From: Candidatus Eiseniibacteriota bacterium
Lineage (GTDB): Bacteria > Eisenbacteria > RBG-16-71-46 > CAZEPH01
DNA: 64,000 nucleotides
Direction of reading: 5' to 3'
Assembly: GCA_044229145.1 (NCBI GenBank)
Contig: JBGATO010000003.1
Location: 1 to 64,000, forward strand
Part shown: positions 28,823-38,600 of the stretch, one piece after another
How the letters are laid out: the number at the start of each line of letters is the position of its first letter
Numbering within the stretch: position 1 is the stretch's first letter
The notes under the pieces: generated by a model
The model's input: the letters and a program-made list of their open reading frames with translations, nothing else
Told to the model about the DNA's origin: nothing
Database searches by the model: none
Program-made: the position numbers and the translations under genes

Positions 28823-29749
28823 TCAGTGCACGAGCAGACAGCGCCGTTCCGCCACGATCCTCCCATCGAGCCGCAGCTGCGCGGTGTACACGCCGTTCGC
28901 CGCCCGCACGCCGTGGACGGTGCCATCCCAGGTCAGGACCGACCGGCCCGCCGTGCGGGCGCCGTCGCAGAGCGTCGCGACGCAACGGCCGCCGGCGTCG
29001 ACCACGGTGACCCGCGCCGCGCCGTCCCGCGGCAGCGTCACCCCGAAGCGCGCCGCGCCACGCACCGGAGCCGCCGACGCCAACTCGAGCGTGGCGCCGC
29101 TCAGCCGCTCACCCGGCCCGTCGACCGCGACCGACCCGACCCACTCCAGCCCGAGGTCGTCGGCCGCGATGTAGCACTCCGCGGGGTCGCTCATCGCGTG
29201 CGGCCAAAACTCGATGTACTGCGTGGTGCCCAAGTTCGGCATCACGAACTCGGCGTCGTCCTGCGACCACTCGCCGGGCACTGCGAGGGCGCCGATGGTG
29301 GCCACATGCACACGGTTCATCGGGTCGGCCGCATCCGCCATGTAGACGTCGAACCCGCCGGCCCCGAGCAGACGATCGCTGCGCGCGAAGAACCCGGAGA
29401 CATGGTAGAGATCGCCCGGTACCACGCCGCTGACCAGCTGGCCGAACGACTCCGGTGTGATGTCCCAGGTCTCGGCTCCCGCGGCGAAGCGCAGGCCGCC
29501 GTGCGCGGCGGGCAAGCTGGGGAAGTTGCCGAAGGCCGCCGGCCCGAGCCCCATGGCGGTCTCGCAGTCGAACGAGTAGGTGTCCGGGGTGAGGGCGAGA
29601 GTCTGCCAGGTGTCGGGCATGAGCGCCTGGGCACAGTCGCTCACCAGGCCCTCTTCGAAGCCGGGGTCGGTGAGGAGATTCTGCGCGGCGGTGGTGCCGG
29701 CGAGACAGGCGGTGGCCGCAACTGCGAGCACGACTGGGCGAAGGCGCAT
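28823..29749 (-). CDS. Secreted protein with galactose-binding-like/CBM-like domain and FlgD-Ig-like tail
   Basis: Signal peptide then QNLLTDPGFEEG; tail DAGGRCVATL...WDGT...NGVYTAQL; RBS AAGGAG. Confidence 0.75.
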   Translation of the reverse strand: MRLRPVVLAVAATACLAGTTAAQNLLTDPGFEEGLVSDCAQALMPDTWQTLALTPDTYSFDCETAMGLGPAAFGNFPSLPAAHGGLRFAAGAETWDITPESFGQLVSGVVPGDLYHVSGFFARSDRLLGAGGFDVYMADAADPMNRVHVATIGALAVPGEWSQDDAEFVMPNLGTTQYIEFWPHAMSDPAECYIAADDLGLEWVGSVAVDGPGERLSGATLELASAAPVRGAARFGVTLPRDGAARVTVVDAGGRCVATLCDGARTAGRSVLTWDGTVHGVRAANGVYTAQLRLDGRIVAERRCLLVH

Positions 29750-29832
29750 GGCGGGACGAACTCCTTTCGGGACTCGGTCGATCGGGAAGGCGGAGCGGAG
29801 GGAGCGGCCGTCCCCGCTGCTGTCATGTCTCT

Positions 29833-29860
29833 CAACGAGCGCGCCGCGGCGCACTGCACA
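29833..29860 (-). promoter_or_regulatory. Putative ECF-type promoter for the divergent secreted gene
   Basis: Minus strand TGTGCA-N17-CGTTG, preceded by an A-tract (GAAAAAA). Confidence 0.45.
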
Positions 29861-30193
29861 CGCCGCGGCGCGATTTTTTCGTGGCGATGTCGATCAGCGC
29901 CGCACCGGGCGACGCGACGTAATGGCTCCCTTGGGTGTGTCGGGTGCGCGAGGAACGGCGGGGCGAAGGGCAGCGGGCCGCGACGTCGCCGGCGGCGAAG
30001 CCGCTGACGGCGAGGGCGATTGCAAGGCAGACGCGGCACGGTATCATGATGCGATGGACCTCCGGTGACGGGACGAGACACGACCTGCGCGATTCATCTC
30101 CCTCAACGAGGCGCCGAGCCCCACCTGCACAGACTTTGTCGCTCGCCCGCGCGGCCCGCCGGCCCGCGGGTTCGCCATGACCCGGAGCACTCC

Positions 30194-30775
30194 GTGGACG
30201 CCACGCCGCCGTCGGACATCGATTCCACCGTCCATTTGCTCTCCCGCATCCGCGCCGGCGAGGCAGCGGCGCGCGACCGCCTGCTCGGCCGCTACCTGCC
30301 GGTGCTCACCCGCTGGGCCTCCGGCCGCCTGCCGGTCCGCGCCCGCGGTTTGGTCGACACCGACGATCTTGTGCAGTCGACCTTGATCCGCACGTTGAGG
30401 CATTTGGAGGAGTTCGAGCCGCAGCACGACGGCGCCTTCTTGGTCTACCTCCGCCGGGCCCTGATGAACGCGATGCGCGACGAAATCCGACGCGCGGCGC
30501 GCCAGCCGGGCGGCGGCGAGGTGCCGGAGACGGTGACCGACGCGGAGCCCTCCCCGGTGGAGCAGGCGATCGGAGCGGAGACGCTCGCGCGCTACGAGGC
30601 CGCGCTGGCGCGCCTCACGCCGGACCAGCAGGAGGCGGTGGTGCTGCGCGTGGAGATGGGACTCACGTACGAACAAATGGCGGAGGCGATGGGCAAGCCG
30701 TCGTGGAACGCCGCCCGCATGTTCGTCACCCGCGCGCTGGCCGAACTGGCGGAGGCGATGGATGACCGAGGGTGA
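30194..30775 (+). CDS. ECF sigma-70 factor, kinase-associated type
   Basis: STVHLLSRIRAGEAAARDRL, DTDDLVQSTL (region 2), QQEAVVLR..GLTYEQMAEAMG...RAL (region 4); GTG 30194 with RBS GGAG. Confidence 0.9.
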   Translation: MDATPPSDIDSTVHLLSRIRAGEAAARDRLLGRYLPVLTRWASGRLPVRARGLVDTDDLVQSTLIRTLRHLEEFEPQHDGAFLVYLRRALMNAMRDEIRRAARQPGGGEVPETVTDAEPSPVEQAIGAETLARYEAALARLTPDQQEAVVLRVEMGLTYEQMAEAMGKPSWNAARMFVTRALAELAEAMDDRG

Positions 30776-32513
30776 GGACAGCGCCGTCTGGCGCGCCGCG
30801 GCGGCGGTGGCGGACGGCGACGTCGTCGACTGGCAGTCGGCGACGCAGGGCGCGAACGCCGACGAGAGCGGGGCGCTCGCGCACTTGCAGACGATCGCCG
30901 CGGTGGCGGCGGCGTATCGCGCGGCGGGGGAGACCGCGGCGCATCTCGTCGCGGCGCTCGAGGACGCTGTCGATCTGCCCGACGGCGCGCCGCGCACCTG
31001 GGGGCCGCTGCAGCTGCGCGCGCGGCTCGGCGGCGGCAGCTTCGGCGAGGTGTATCGCGCGTTCGATCCGGCGCTGCAGCGCGAGGTGGCGCTCAAGTTG
31101 ATGCGGCCGGCGTCCGGCGACGCGGAGGCGATGCTGGCCGAGGCGCGGCGGCTCGCCCGGGTGCGGCATCCGCACGTCGTCACGGTGTACGGCGCCGACG
31201 TCCACGAAGGACGGCCCGGGATCTGGATGGAGTATCTGCGCGGCGAAACACTGGAGGACGCGGTGCGCCGCGCGACGTTCTCGGCGCGCGAGGCGGCGGC
31301 CCTTGGTGTCGACCTGTGCGGGGCCCTCGCCGCGGTGCATGGCGCCGGCTTGCTCCACCTCGACCTCAAGACCGCGAACGTGATGCGCGCCGACGGCGGC
31401 CGCATCGTCCTGATGGACTTCGGCAGCGGGCACGAACGCGCCGCGGCGCAGCGCGGTGCGCAGGCGGTGACCGGCACACCGGCCGCCCTCGCGCCGGAGG
31501 TGCTGCGCGGCGCGCCGCCGTCGCGTGCGGCCGACATCTACGCGCTCGGGGTCTTGCTGTATCGCATGGTGAGCGGCGCGTATCCGGTGGAGGCGGCGAA
31601 CGCGGTCGAGTTGTTCGACAAGCACGCACGCGGCGAACGGGTGCCGTTGCGCGACCGCTGTCCGCAGGTGCCGGCGGCCTTCGCGCAAGCGGTGGAGCGC
31701 GCGCTGGCGGCGGATCCGGCAGAGCGCTACGCGAATGCCGGCGAGTTCGAGGCGGCGCTGGCGGGCGCGCCGGCGGTGCCGCGCCGCCGCGGAATGCCAT
31801 GGGTCGCCGGCGTCTGCGTGTTGCTCGCGGCGGCGGGCGTGTGGCGATTGCGCACCCACGACATCGCACCTCCGCTGCCGGCAGGACACCCGGCGATCGA
31901 GACGCCGATCGTCGTGCCACCGGCCGCCGCGACTGCGCCGGTCCCGGTGCGTGCCGAGGCGAAAGCGTTCCGCGTCGCCCACGGACAGAACTGGCCGCTC
32001 GCGCCGGGCGCGTCGGTGGCGCCCGGCGACGGTGTCTATCTCACGCTACGCGGCGACGACTCGCTCTACGCCTACGTGCTGAATGAAGACGCCACCGGCG
32101 CGCTCTACGTGCTGTATCCGGTTCGCGGCCTCGACACGGCGAATCCGCTGGCGCCGGGCAGCGCGCATCGCTTGCCCGGGGCGCTGCGTGGCGCCCCGCA
32201 AGATTGGGAGGTGACGAGCGCCGGCGAGGACGAGTCGATCGTGGTGATCGCCGCGCGCCGTCCGTTGCCGACGCTCGAACGCGACGTGGCGCAGCTCGCG
32301 CAGGCAGCGCCCGGCGCGCCGGTGGAGTACGCGCGCGCCAGTCCGTCGTCGATTGCCACCTTGCGCGGGCTCGGGGGGCTGGCCTCGCATCGCACGCTGC
32401 GCGCGCGCGCCGACGGCTCGCGCATCACCACGCTGCTGCGCGGATTGAGCGCCGCCGAGCGCGACTCGGCCGGCATTTGGCTGTGGGAACTGCGTCTGAG
32501 GAATCCATCGTGA
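30762..32513 (+). CDS. Hanks-type Ser/Thr protein kinase (non-RD) with one TM helix and a DUF4384-like C-terminal domain
   Basis: GGGSFGEV, VALK, HLDLKTAN, DFG, GTP..LAPE, DIYALG; TM WVAGVCVLLAAAGVW; PGDGVYLTLRG...YAYVLNED..G.LYVLYP. Confidence 0.9.
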   Translation: MTEGEDSAVWRAAAAVADGDVVDWQSATQGANADESGALAHLQTIAAVAAAYRAAGETAAHLVAALEDAVDLPDGAPRTWGPLQLRARLGGGSFGEVYRAFDPALQREVALKLMRPASGDAEAMLAEARRLARVRHPHVVTVYGADVHEGRPGIWMEYLRGETLEDAVRRATFSAREAAALGVDLCGALAAVHGAGLLHLDLKTANVMRADGGRIVLMDFGSGHERAAAQRGAQAVTGTPAALAPEVLRGAPPSRAADIYALGVLLYRMVSGAYPVEAANAVELFDKHARGERVPLRDRCPQVPAAFAQAVERALAADPAERYANAGEFEAALAGAPAVPRRRGMPWVAGVCVLLAAAGVWRLRTHDIAPPLPAGHPAIETPIVVPPAAATAPVPVRAEAKAFRVAHGQNWPLAPGASVAPGDGVYLTLRGDDSLYAYVLNEDATGALYVLYPVRGLDTANPLAPGSAHRLPGALRGAPQDWEVTSAGEDESIVVIAARRPLPTLERDVAQLAQAAPGAPVEYARASPSSIATLRGLGGLASHRTLRARADGSRITTLLRGLSAAERDSAGIWLWELRLRNPS

Positions 32514-35500
32514 TGCGGCGTGTACTGCTGTCGCTCGTGCTCGCCGCGCTGCCCGTCGTTGCGCACGCCGCCTCACCGGTGGCGCGGTGGACGGCACAAC
32601 GCGCGGTGTCCGATACGCTGGTCGACGCACTCGAGGATGGGCAGTACGCCACGGTCGAGACGCGCGCCACGCAATTGCTCGCCGACATCGCGGCCCCGCC
32701 GACGGATTCGACGCTGCTGGTGCGCGTGTGGACGACGTTGCTCGACACCTGGACGCGCAATGGCAAGACGATGCGCGACACCACCACGGCGAGCGCGGCG
32801 CGCATCGTCGCGCTTGCCGAACGGGTGACGCCCGGCACGCCGTTGCACGCGCAGTTGTTGCAAGTGCAGGGGGCGATCCTGCTCGGCCGCGCACGCTACG
32901 CCGACGCCCGCGACGTCCTGCTGCGCGCCGACGCGATCCTCGACACCACAGTCGCGGCGCGCGATCCGCGGCGCGGCTGGTGCCAGTCCACGCTCGGCAA
33001 CGCCTATCAGCGGCTCGGTGAGCCGGCAGCCGCGCAAGCGCACTACCGCCGCGCGCTCGACATCCTTCTGGCGGCGTACGGCGAAGGCGACACGCGGCCG
33101 GCGCGCGTCGCCACCAACCTCGCGTTCTCGCTGCACTCGAGCGGCGACGATGCCGCGGCGCGCGAGGCGTACGCCAAGGCGCTGGCGATCTTCGAGCGCG
33201 CGCTGCCGCCGACGCATCCGGATCTCGCCGTCATCCTCGGCGGCTACGGCGCCTTCCTCAAGGACACCGGCGATCTGCTCACCGCCCGCGACTACCTGCA
33301 GCGCGCCCTGGCGATTCGCGAGGCGAGCGCGGCACCGTCGTCGCCCGCCGTCGCCCGCGTGCTGTTCAATTTGTCGACGGTGCGGCTCGGACTCGCCGAC
33401 ACCACCGGCGCGCGCGAGGGACACCAGCGTGCGCTCGCCATGTTCCGCGCCGCCGAGGGCAACGGCGGCGGGCCGTTCACCGCGCTGACCTTGTGCTTCC
33501 TCGGCGAGGCGCTGGTGAAGTCGGGCGATTTCGTCGCGGCGCGCGGCATCGTCGACGAAGCGCGCGCGCTGCGGCTTTCCCTCGGGCGGACCGAGGATGC
33601 CGACGTGATGATGGCGCTCTATCTCGGCGCGTACCTCGACATGCGGGCAGGGCACGTCGCGGCCGCGCGCGCGGCACTCGACACTTGCGCGACGATCAAT
33701 CAGCGCGTCCACGGCGCCACCTCGCAAACCGCGTGTCGGACGCGGGCGTCGTTCGCCGCAGCTCGGTGGGCCGACGGCGATCTCGCGGGCGCGGCCGCCG
33801 ATGCCTGGCAGGCGATGACGACCTCCGCCGCGCAAACACGCGCGCTGGTGCGCATGCTGCCGGAACGCCAAGCCTTGCTCGCCGCCGGACAGGCGATCCC
33901 CGGCTACGACCTGACGATCGATCTGGCGACGCACGGCGCGGATGCGGCGCGCGCCTTCGACGCGGTGGTGCGCACCCGCGCCCTGGTGCTCGACGAACTC
34001 GCGGCCCGCGCCGGGCTCGCGCACGCGAACGCCGACACGGCGGCGACGCACCGGTGGGAAGACGCGGCCCGCGACTACTCGCGGCTACTCGTGCGCGGGC
34101 CAGGCAGCGACGATGCCGACGCCTATCGCGCGCGCGTCGAGGCGGCGCGTCTCGCCTTCGAGGCGGCCGAGGCGGCGATCGCGTCGCGCCGTGCGCACGC
34201 CGCCCACGAGGATGTCGGACTTGCCGAAGTGGCGCGCGCGCTGCCGGCGCAGGGTGCGGTGATCGGATACGTGCGGTATCTACGCGCGACATTCACGCCC
34301 GCATCGGGCGTCACGCCGACGCTGTTCCAGGAAGTGCAGGCCTGCGTGCCGCGGTTGACGCCCGCGTATGCGGCGTTCGTGTTGCGTGCCGGCGACGCGC
34401 AACCGCGCATCGTGCCGCTCGGCGAGGCGGGGCCGATCGACTCGCTCGCCACGCGCTGGCAGGCGCAGATGGCGGATGCCGCGGCCGGTGATCTATCGCG
34501 GGCGGCCGAGCGGGCGTCGCGCCGCACCGGTGCGGCGCTGCGGCGGCGCGTGTGGGATCCGCTGGCGCCGCTGCTGCGCGGCACGTCGCGCGTCTTCGTG
34601 GTACCGGATGGCGCGCTCCACCGCCTGGCCTTCGACGCACTGCCGACCGGCACAGCGTCGTATCTCGTCGAGACCGGTCCATTGCTGCACCTGCTCTCCG
34701 CCGAACGCGATCTCGTGCGTGCGACGGAGGCCCCCACCGACGGCCGTGGCCTGCTCGCGGTAGGCGATATCGATTTCGACGCACCCGCCGGGGCTGCCGC
34801 GGCGACGGTGCGCGGCGGGGCGTGCGAGGCGCGCGACGCGCTGCGTTTCGCCCCGCTGCCTGGCACCGGCGCGGAGGCGCGCGAGATCGCGACGCTCTGG
34901 CGCCGTGCCGCACGCGGCGACGCGAGGCTGCTGGCACGACGGGACGCCACCGAATCCGCCATCAAGTCCGCGGCGCCTGGCCGCGCGGTGTTGCACCTCG
35001 CCACGCACGGCTTCTTCCTCGACGACGGTTGCGCGCGCGAGGCAACCCCGGCGCTGCGCGGCATCGGCGGGATGCGCCCGCACGACGTCGCGATCGCGGC
35101 TAGTGGCGACAACCCGCTGGCACTCGCCGGACTCGCGTGCGCCGGCGCCAATCGTCACGCCGCCGACGGCGAAGACGGCGTGCTCACCGCGCAGGAAATC
35201 GCCGCGCTCGATCTGCGTGGCGTGCAGTGGGCCGTGATCTCTGCGTGCGAATCCGGCAGCGGCGCGGTGCAACTCGGCGAAGGCGTGCTCGGGGTGCGCC
35301 GCGCGTTCGCGGCCGCCGGCGCGCGCACCACGATCACCAGCCTGTGGCCGGTGCGCGACGACGCGACGGCGCGCTGGATGCGGGCCGCGTACGGGGCGCG
35401 CGTCCTCGAGGGCCGCGACACCGCCGCGGCGATGCAGGCGGCGTGCCGCGCGGTGCTGCGCGATCGCCGCGCGCATGGCCTGTCGACGCATCCCGCGGCG

Positions 35501-35536
35501 TGGGCGGCGTTCGTGGCGGCCGGGGACTGGCGCTGA
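32513..35536 (+). CDS. Secreted TPR-CHAT (caspase-like, clan CD) protease
   Basis: Signal peptide MRRVLLSLVLAALPVVAHA; TPR repeats; VVPDGALHRLAFDAL, PLPGT..EA, HLATHG (His 35006), ISACESG (Cys 35246), SLWPV.D, HPAAWAAF; TGATG coupling to the kinase. Confidence 0.92.
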   Translation: MRRVLLSLVLAALPVVAHAASPVARWTAQRAVSDTLVDALEDGQYATVETRATQLLADIAAPPTDSTLLVRVWTTLLDTWTRNGKTMRDTTTASAARIVALAERVTPGTPLHAQLLQVQGAILLGRARYADARDVLLRADAILDTTVAARDPRRGWCQSTLGNAYQRLGEPAAAQAHYRRALDILLAAYGEGDTRPARVATNLAFSLHSSGDDAAAREAYAKALAIFERALPPTHPDLAVILGGYGAFLKDTGDLLTARDYLQRALAIREASAAPSSPAVARVLFNLSTVRLGLADTTGAREGHQRALAMFRAAEGNGGGPFTALTLCFLGEALVKSGDFVAARGIVDEARALRLSLGRTEDADVMMALYLGAYLDMRAGHVAAARAALDTCATINQRVHGATSQTACRTRASFAAARWADGDLAGAAADAWQAMTTSAAQTRALVRMLPERQALLAAGQAIPGYDLTIDLATHGADAARAFDAVVRTRALVLDELAARAGLAHANADTAATHRWEDAARDYSRLLVRGPGSDDADAYRARVEAARLAFEAAEAAIASRRAHAAHEDVGLAEVARALPAQGAVIGYVRYLRATFTPASGVTPTLFQEVQACVPRLTPAYAAFVLRAGDAQPRIVPLGEAGPIDSLATRWQAQMADAAAGDLSRAAERASRRTGAALRRRVWDPLAPLLRGTSRVFVVPDGALHRLAFDALPTGTASYLVETGPLLHLLSAERDLVRATEAPTDGRGLLAVGDIDFDAPAGAAAATVRGGACEARDALRFAPLPGTGAEAREIATLWRRAARGDARLLARRDATESAIKSAAPGRAVLHLATHGFFLDDGCAREATPALRGIGGMRPHDVAIAASGDNPLALAGLACAGANRHAADGEDGVLTAQEIAALDLRGVQWAVISACESGSGAVQLGEGVLGVRRAFAAAGARTTITSLWPVRDDATARWMRAAYGARVLEGRDTAAAMQAACRAVLRDRRAHGLSTHPAAWAAFVAAGDWR

Positions 35537-35614
35537 CGCATTCGCCCCGACGCAGACGGCCGGCGAGCAACGCGGGACTCGCCGGCCGCTGCGCACGCAC
35601 CGCTCTGGCGCCTC

Positions 35615-38600
35615 CTATTCGACCACGCAGATCCGACGCGTCTCGCTGAGGCTGTCGGCGCGGAAGCGCACCACGTACACGCCTGCCGGCACCCGCCGTC
35701 CATCGTCGCCGCGACGCGCCCACGCGAAGTTGTAGCGCCCGGCTTCCATCGGGCCGTGCGCCAACGTGGCGACGCGCGTCCCACGCACCGTGAACACCTC
35801 GAGCGCGACCTCCGCCGCGTCGGCGAGCGTGAACGCGACCTCGGCGCCCTGCGAAGCGAGCAGCGGCGTCTTCGTGACCAGGCCGCTGCGCTCGGGAGTG
35901 TCACCCTCGGCCCCGGCCACTGCCGCGGCGCCCGCGCAACCGACGATGTCGATCGCCCCGATCGTCGTGCCGTTTTCGCCGGCGCCGATCAACGGCGACG
36001 CCGATTGCAGCGTGAACACCTTGGCGTTCGGATTGCAGAACGCGGGGTCGACCGCGAGATTGCCGGTGCCGGGATAGCCGCCTTGCACGTCGCAGTAGCG
36101 CACGTCGGCCGAATCGCCCAGCGCATAGATGGCCGGCAATTGCGCCGGTCCCAGGCGCCACAGCACGGTGTTGATCACGGTCACACGGCCGAGCGCGTAG
36201 ATCCCCGCGGTGCCGGTCGCGACACGCGACGAATCACCGTACAGCGTGCAGTCGCGGATCGTTGCGGCAGACGCGGCGCCGGTTTCGATGGATCCCAATC
36301 CGCTCGACACGCAGTTCGTGAAGATGCAGCGATCCACCAGCGCGTGCGTGCCGTAGACCAGCAGCGGGACGCCGACCGTCCGCGTGTTGGCGAACACCAC
36401 GGACCGCAGCGTGTCGCGATCCGCGGCGAGGCTCACCAGCGTGGCGTACGACGAGCCGGTCACCACCACGCCGTCGATCACACTGCCCGCCTCCGCGAGG
36501 ACGAACGCCGAACCGTAAGGCCCCGCCGGACGCACGAGGGTGCGTCGCCGCGGCAGGTCGCGCGGGCCGCCGCCGTGCGGATAGCCGCCGTAGACCTTCG
36601 CGCCGGCCACCACATTCGGCACGCTCGCGGCGACGTATTGGCCTTCGGCGACGCGCAAGGTGTCGCCGGTGCCTCGCCGCAGGAGCGGGAGTGCCGCGTC
36701 GAACGTCTTCACGGCGCCCGCCCACGACAGGCCATCGCACACGCTGCAGGGGCTCGCGCTGTCGAGGTAGTACACGCGTCCGGCGATCACCGTGATCCCG
36801 AACGTCGTCGAGCCGTCGTGGCCGCCCGGATCGCGCGCCCCGATCGTCACCGCCGGGAAGGTGTCCTCGACCGCGCTGCCCGGCCAGAAAAACGCGCCGG
36901 TCGCCGGATCGAGCGTGGCGTCGGACGGATTGCCGGTCATCCACCACGTCAGCGGCTGGCCCTCAGGATCGTACCCGGCCGCCTGCAAGGACAGCGCAGT
37001 GCCCGGCGGCAGCTGTTGCGCCGGAATCGGCGTCACCACCGGCGGCAGATCCGGCAGGACGATGATGGCGAAGGTCGCGCTGCCGTGACCGCCGGCGGTG
37101 TCGTACGCGGTGAGGACCACCGACATGAACGAGTCCGGCTGGGCCGAGCCCGTCCAGGAAAACACGCCGGTCAGCGGGTCGAGCGTGGCCCCTGGCGGGT
37201 TGTCGGTCATGCCCCAGGTGAGCGCGTCGCCCTCGGGGTCGTGCGCGACCGGCGTGACGCTCACTGGCTCGCCGGTGAGCACGATGACGGTGGCGATGGG
37301 GTCCACGGTCGGTGGTTGGTTGCCGGCCACCGTGATCGCGAACGCCGCACTCCCGCTGGCGAACAGCGGATCGCGCGCTTCGAGCGTCACGTTGGCGTAG
37401 GTCCCGACCTGTGCGCTGGTCGGCGTCCACGACAGCACGCCGGTCGCCTGGTCGACGGCCGCGTTGGGCGGCAGGTTCGCGCCGCTCCAGGTGAGCGGAT
37501 CGCCGTCAGGATCGCTGCCGCTCGCCGTCACCAGCAGCAGATGGCCGGCCACCACCTGTTGGTCGGGGATCGGCAGCACGACGGGTGGACTGTTGACCGC
37601 GCCGCACGACGGCGACCCGCCGAGTACCGTGGCCACCGGATCGCTGAGCACCGGCGTCGCGAGTTGATTATTGCCGTCGAGCACCGTCAGCGAGTGCAGC
37701 GTGAAGCAGCCGCGCGGCAGCGTGCAGCCGGTGAAGTCGAACATGAGGTCGATGATGTTGCCGCCGCCGGCGCACATCGTGTTGACGAGCGAGTTCGCCC
37801 ACGCGACGTGATAGTGGCCGGGTTCGTCGGTCGTGACGATTGGCAGGGCGGTCCCGCGGTTCATCCACGTGCAGCTCGTGCTGGTGCGATAGATCGTCGA
37901 CGCCAGTTCGAAGCAGCCGGTGTCGTATGGCGTCCACGTCAGGTCGATCTCCGCGCCCTTGAACGAGGTGGCGCCGGTGACGCGGATGTAGAGGTCGTCG
38001 GTCTCGCCCGGCGTTGCGAGGTCCGTGACCACGCCGCTCGTCGCCCAGGTCAGCGACGCGCGCAGGCTGTCGGTGCCGCCGGGGAGGTAGCTGACCGCGA
38101 TCGAAATGGTTTCGGTATCGGTGCCGCCGAACGGGTCGCGCACCGTCGCATGCAGCACGTAGTTCCCGGCTTGTCCGACAGCCGGTGTCCATGCGAATTG
38201 CGCTCCCGCGAACGTCGCGCCGTCGGGAAGCGGGGTGAGCTCGAAGGTCAGCGAGTCTCCATCGGCGTCCGTCGCGGAGAGGACGAACGTCAGCGACGAC
38301 GTCTCCTGCACGCTGAACGGGCCCGCGGGCGCCAGAACCGGCGGATGGTTCCCCGCCACCACGGTGATCGCGAAGCTCGCGGCGCCGCTCAGCCCCGCAG
38401 GGTCGGTCGCGGTCAAGGTGACCCCGGGATAACTGCCGACTTGCGCGGCGTCGGGTGTCCAGCGCAGGGTGCCGCTCGCGTCGTCGACCGTGGCGCCGGC
38501 GGGCAGCTGGCTGCCGCTCCACGTGATGACATCGCCGTTGGGATCGCTTCCGCTCGGCGTCACCACGAGTTGCTGTCCGGCCGAGGCAATCTGGTCGGCG

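Noticed and set aside
32204..32512. N-terminal extension of the CHAT ORF
   Set aside because: It overlaps the kinase; ATG 32513 is coupled to the kinase stop and begins a signal peptide.
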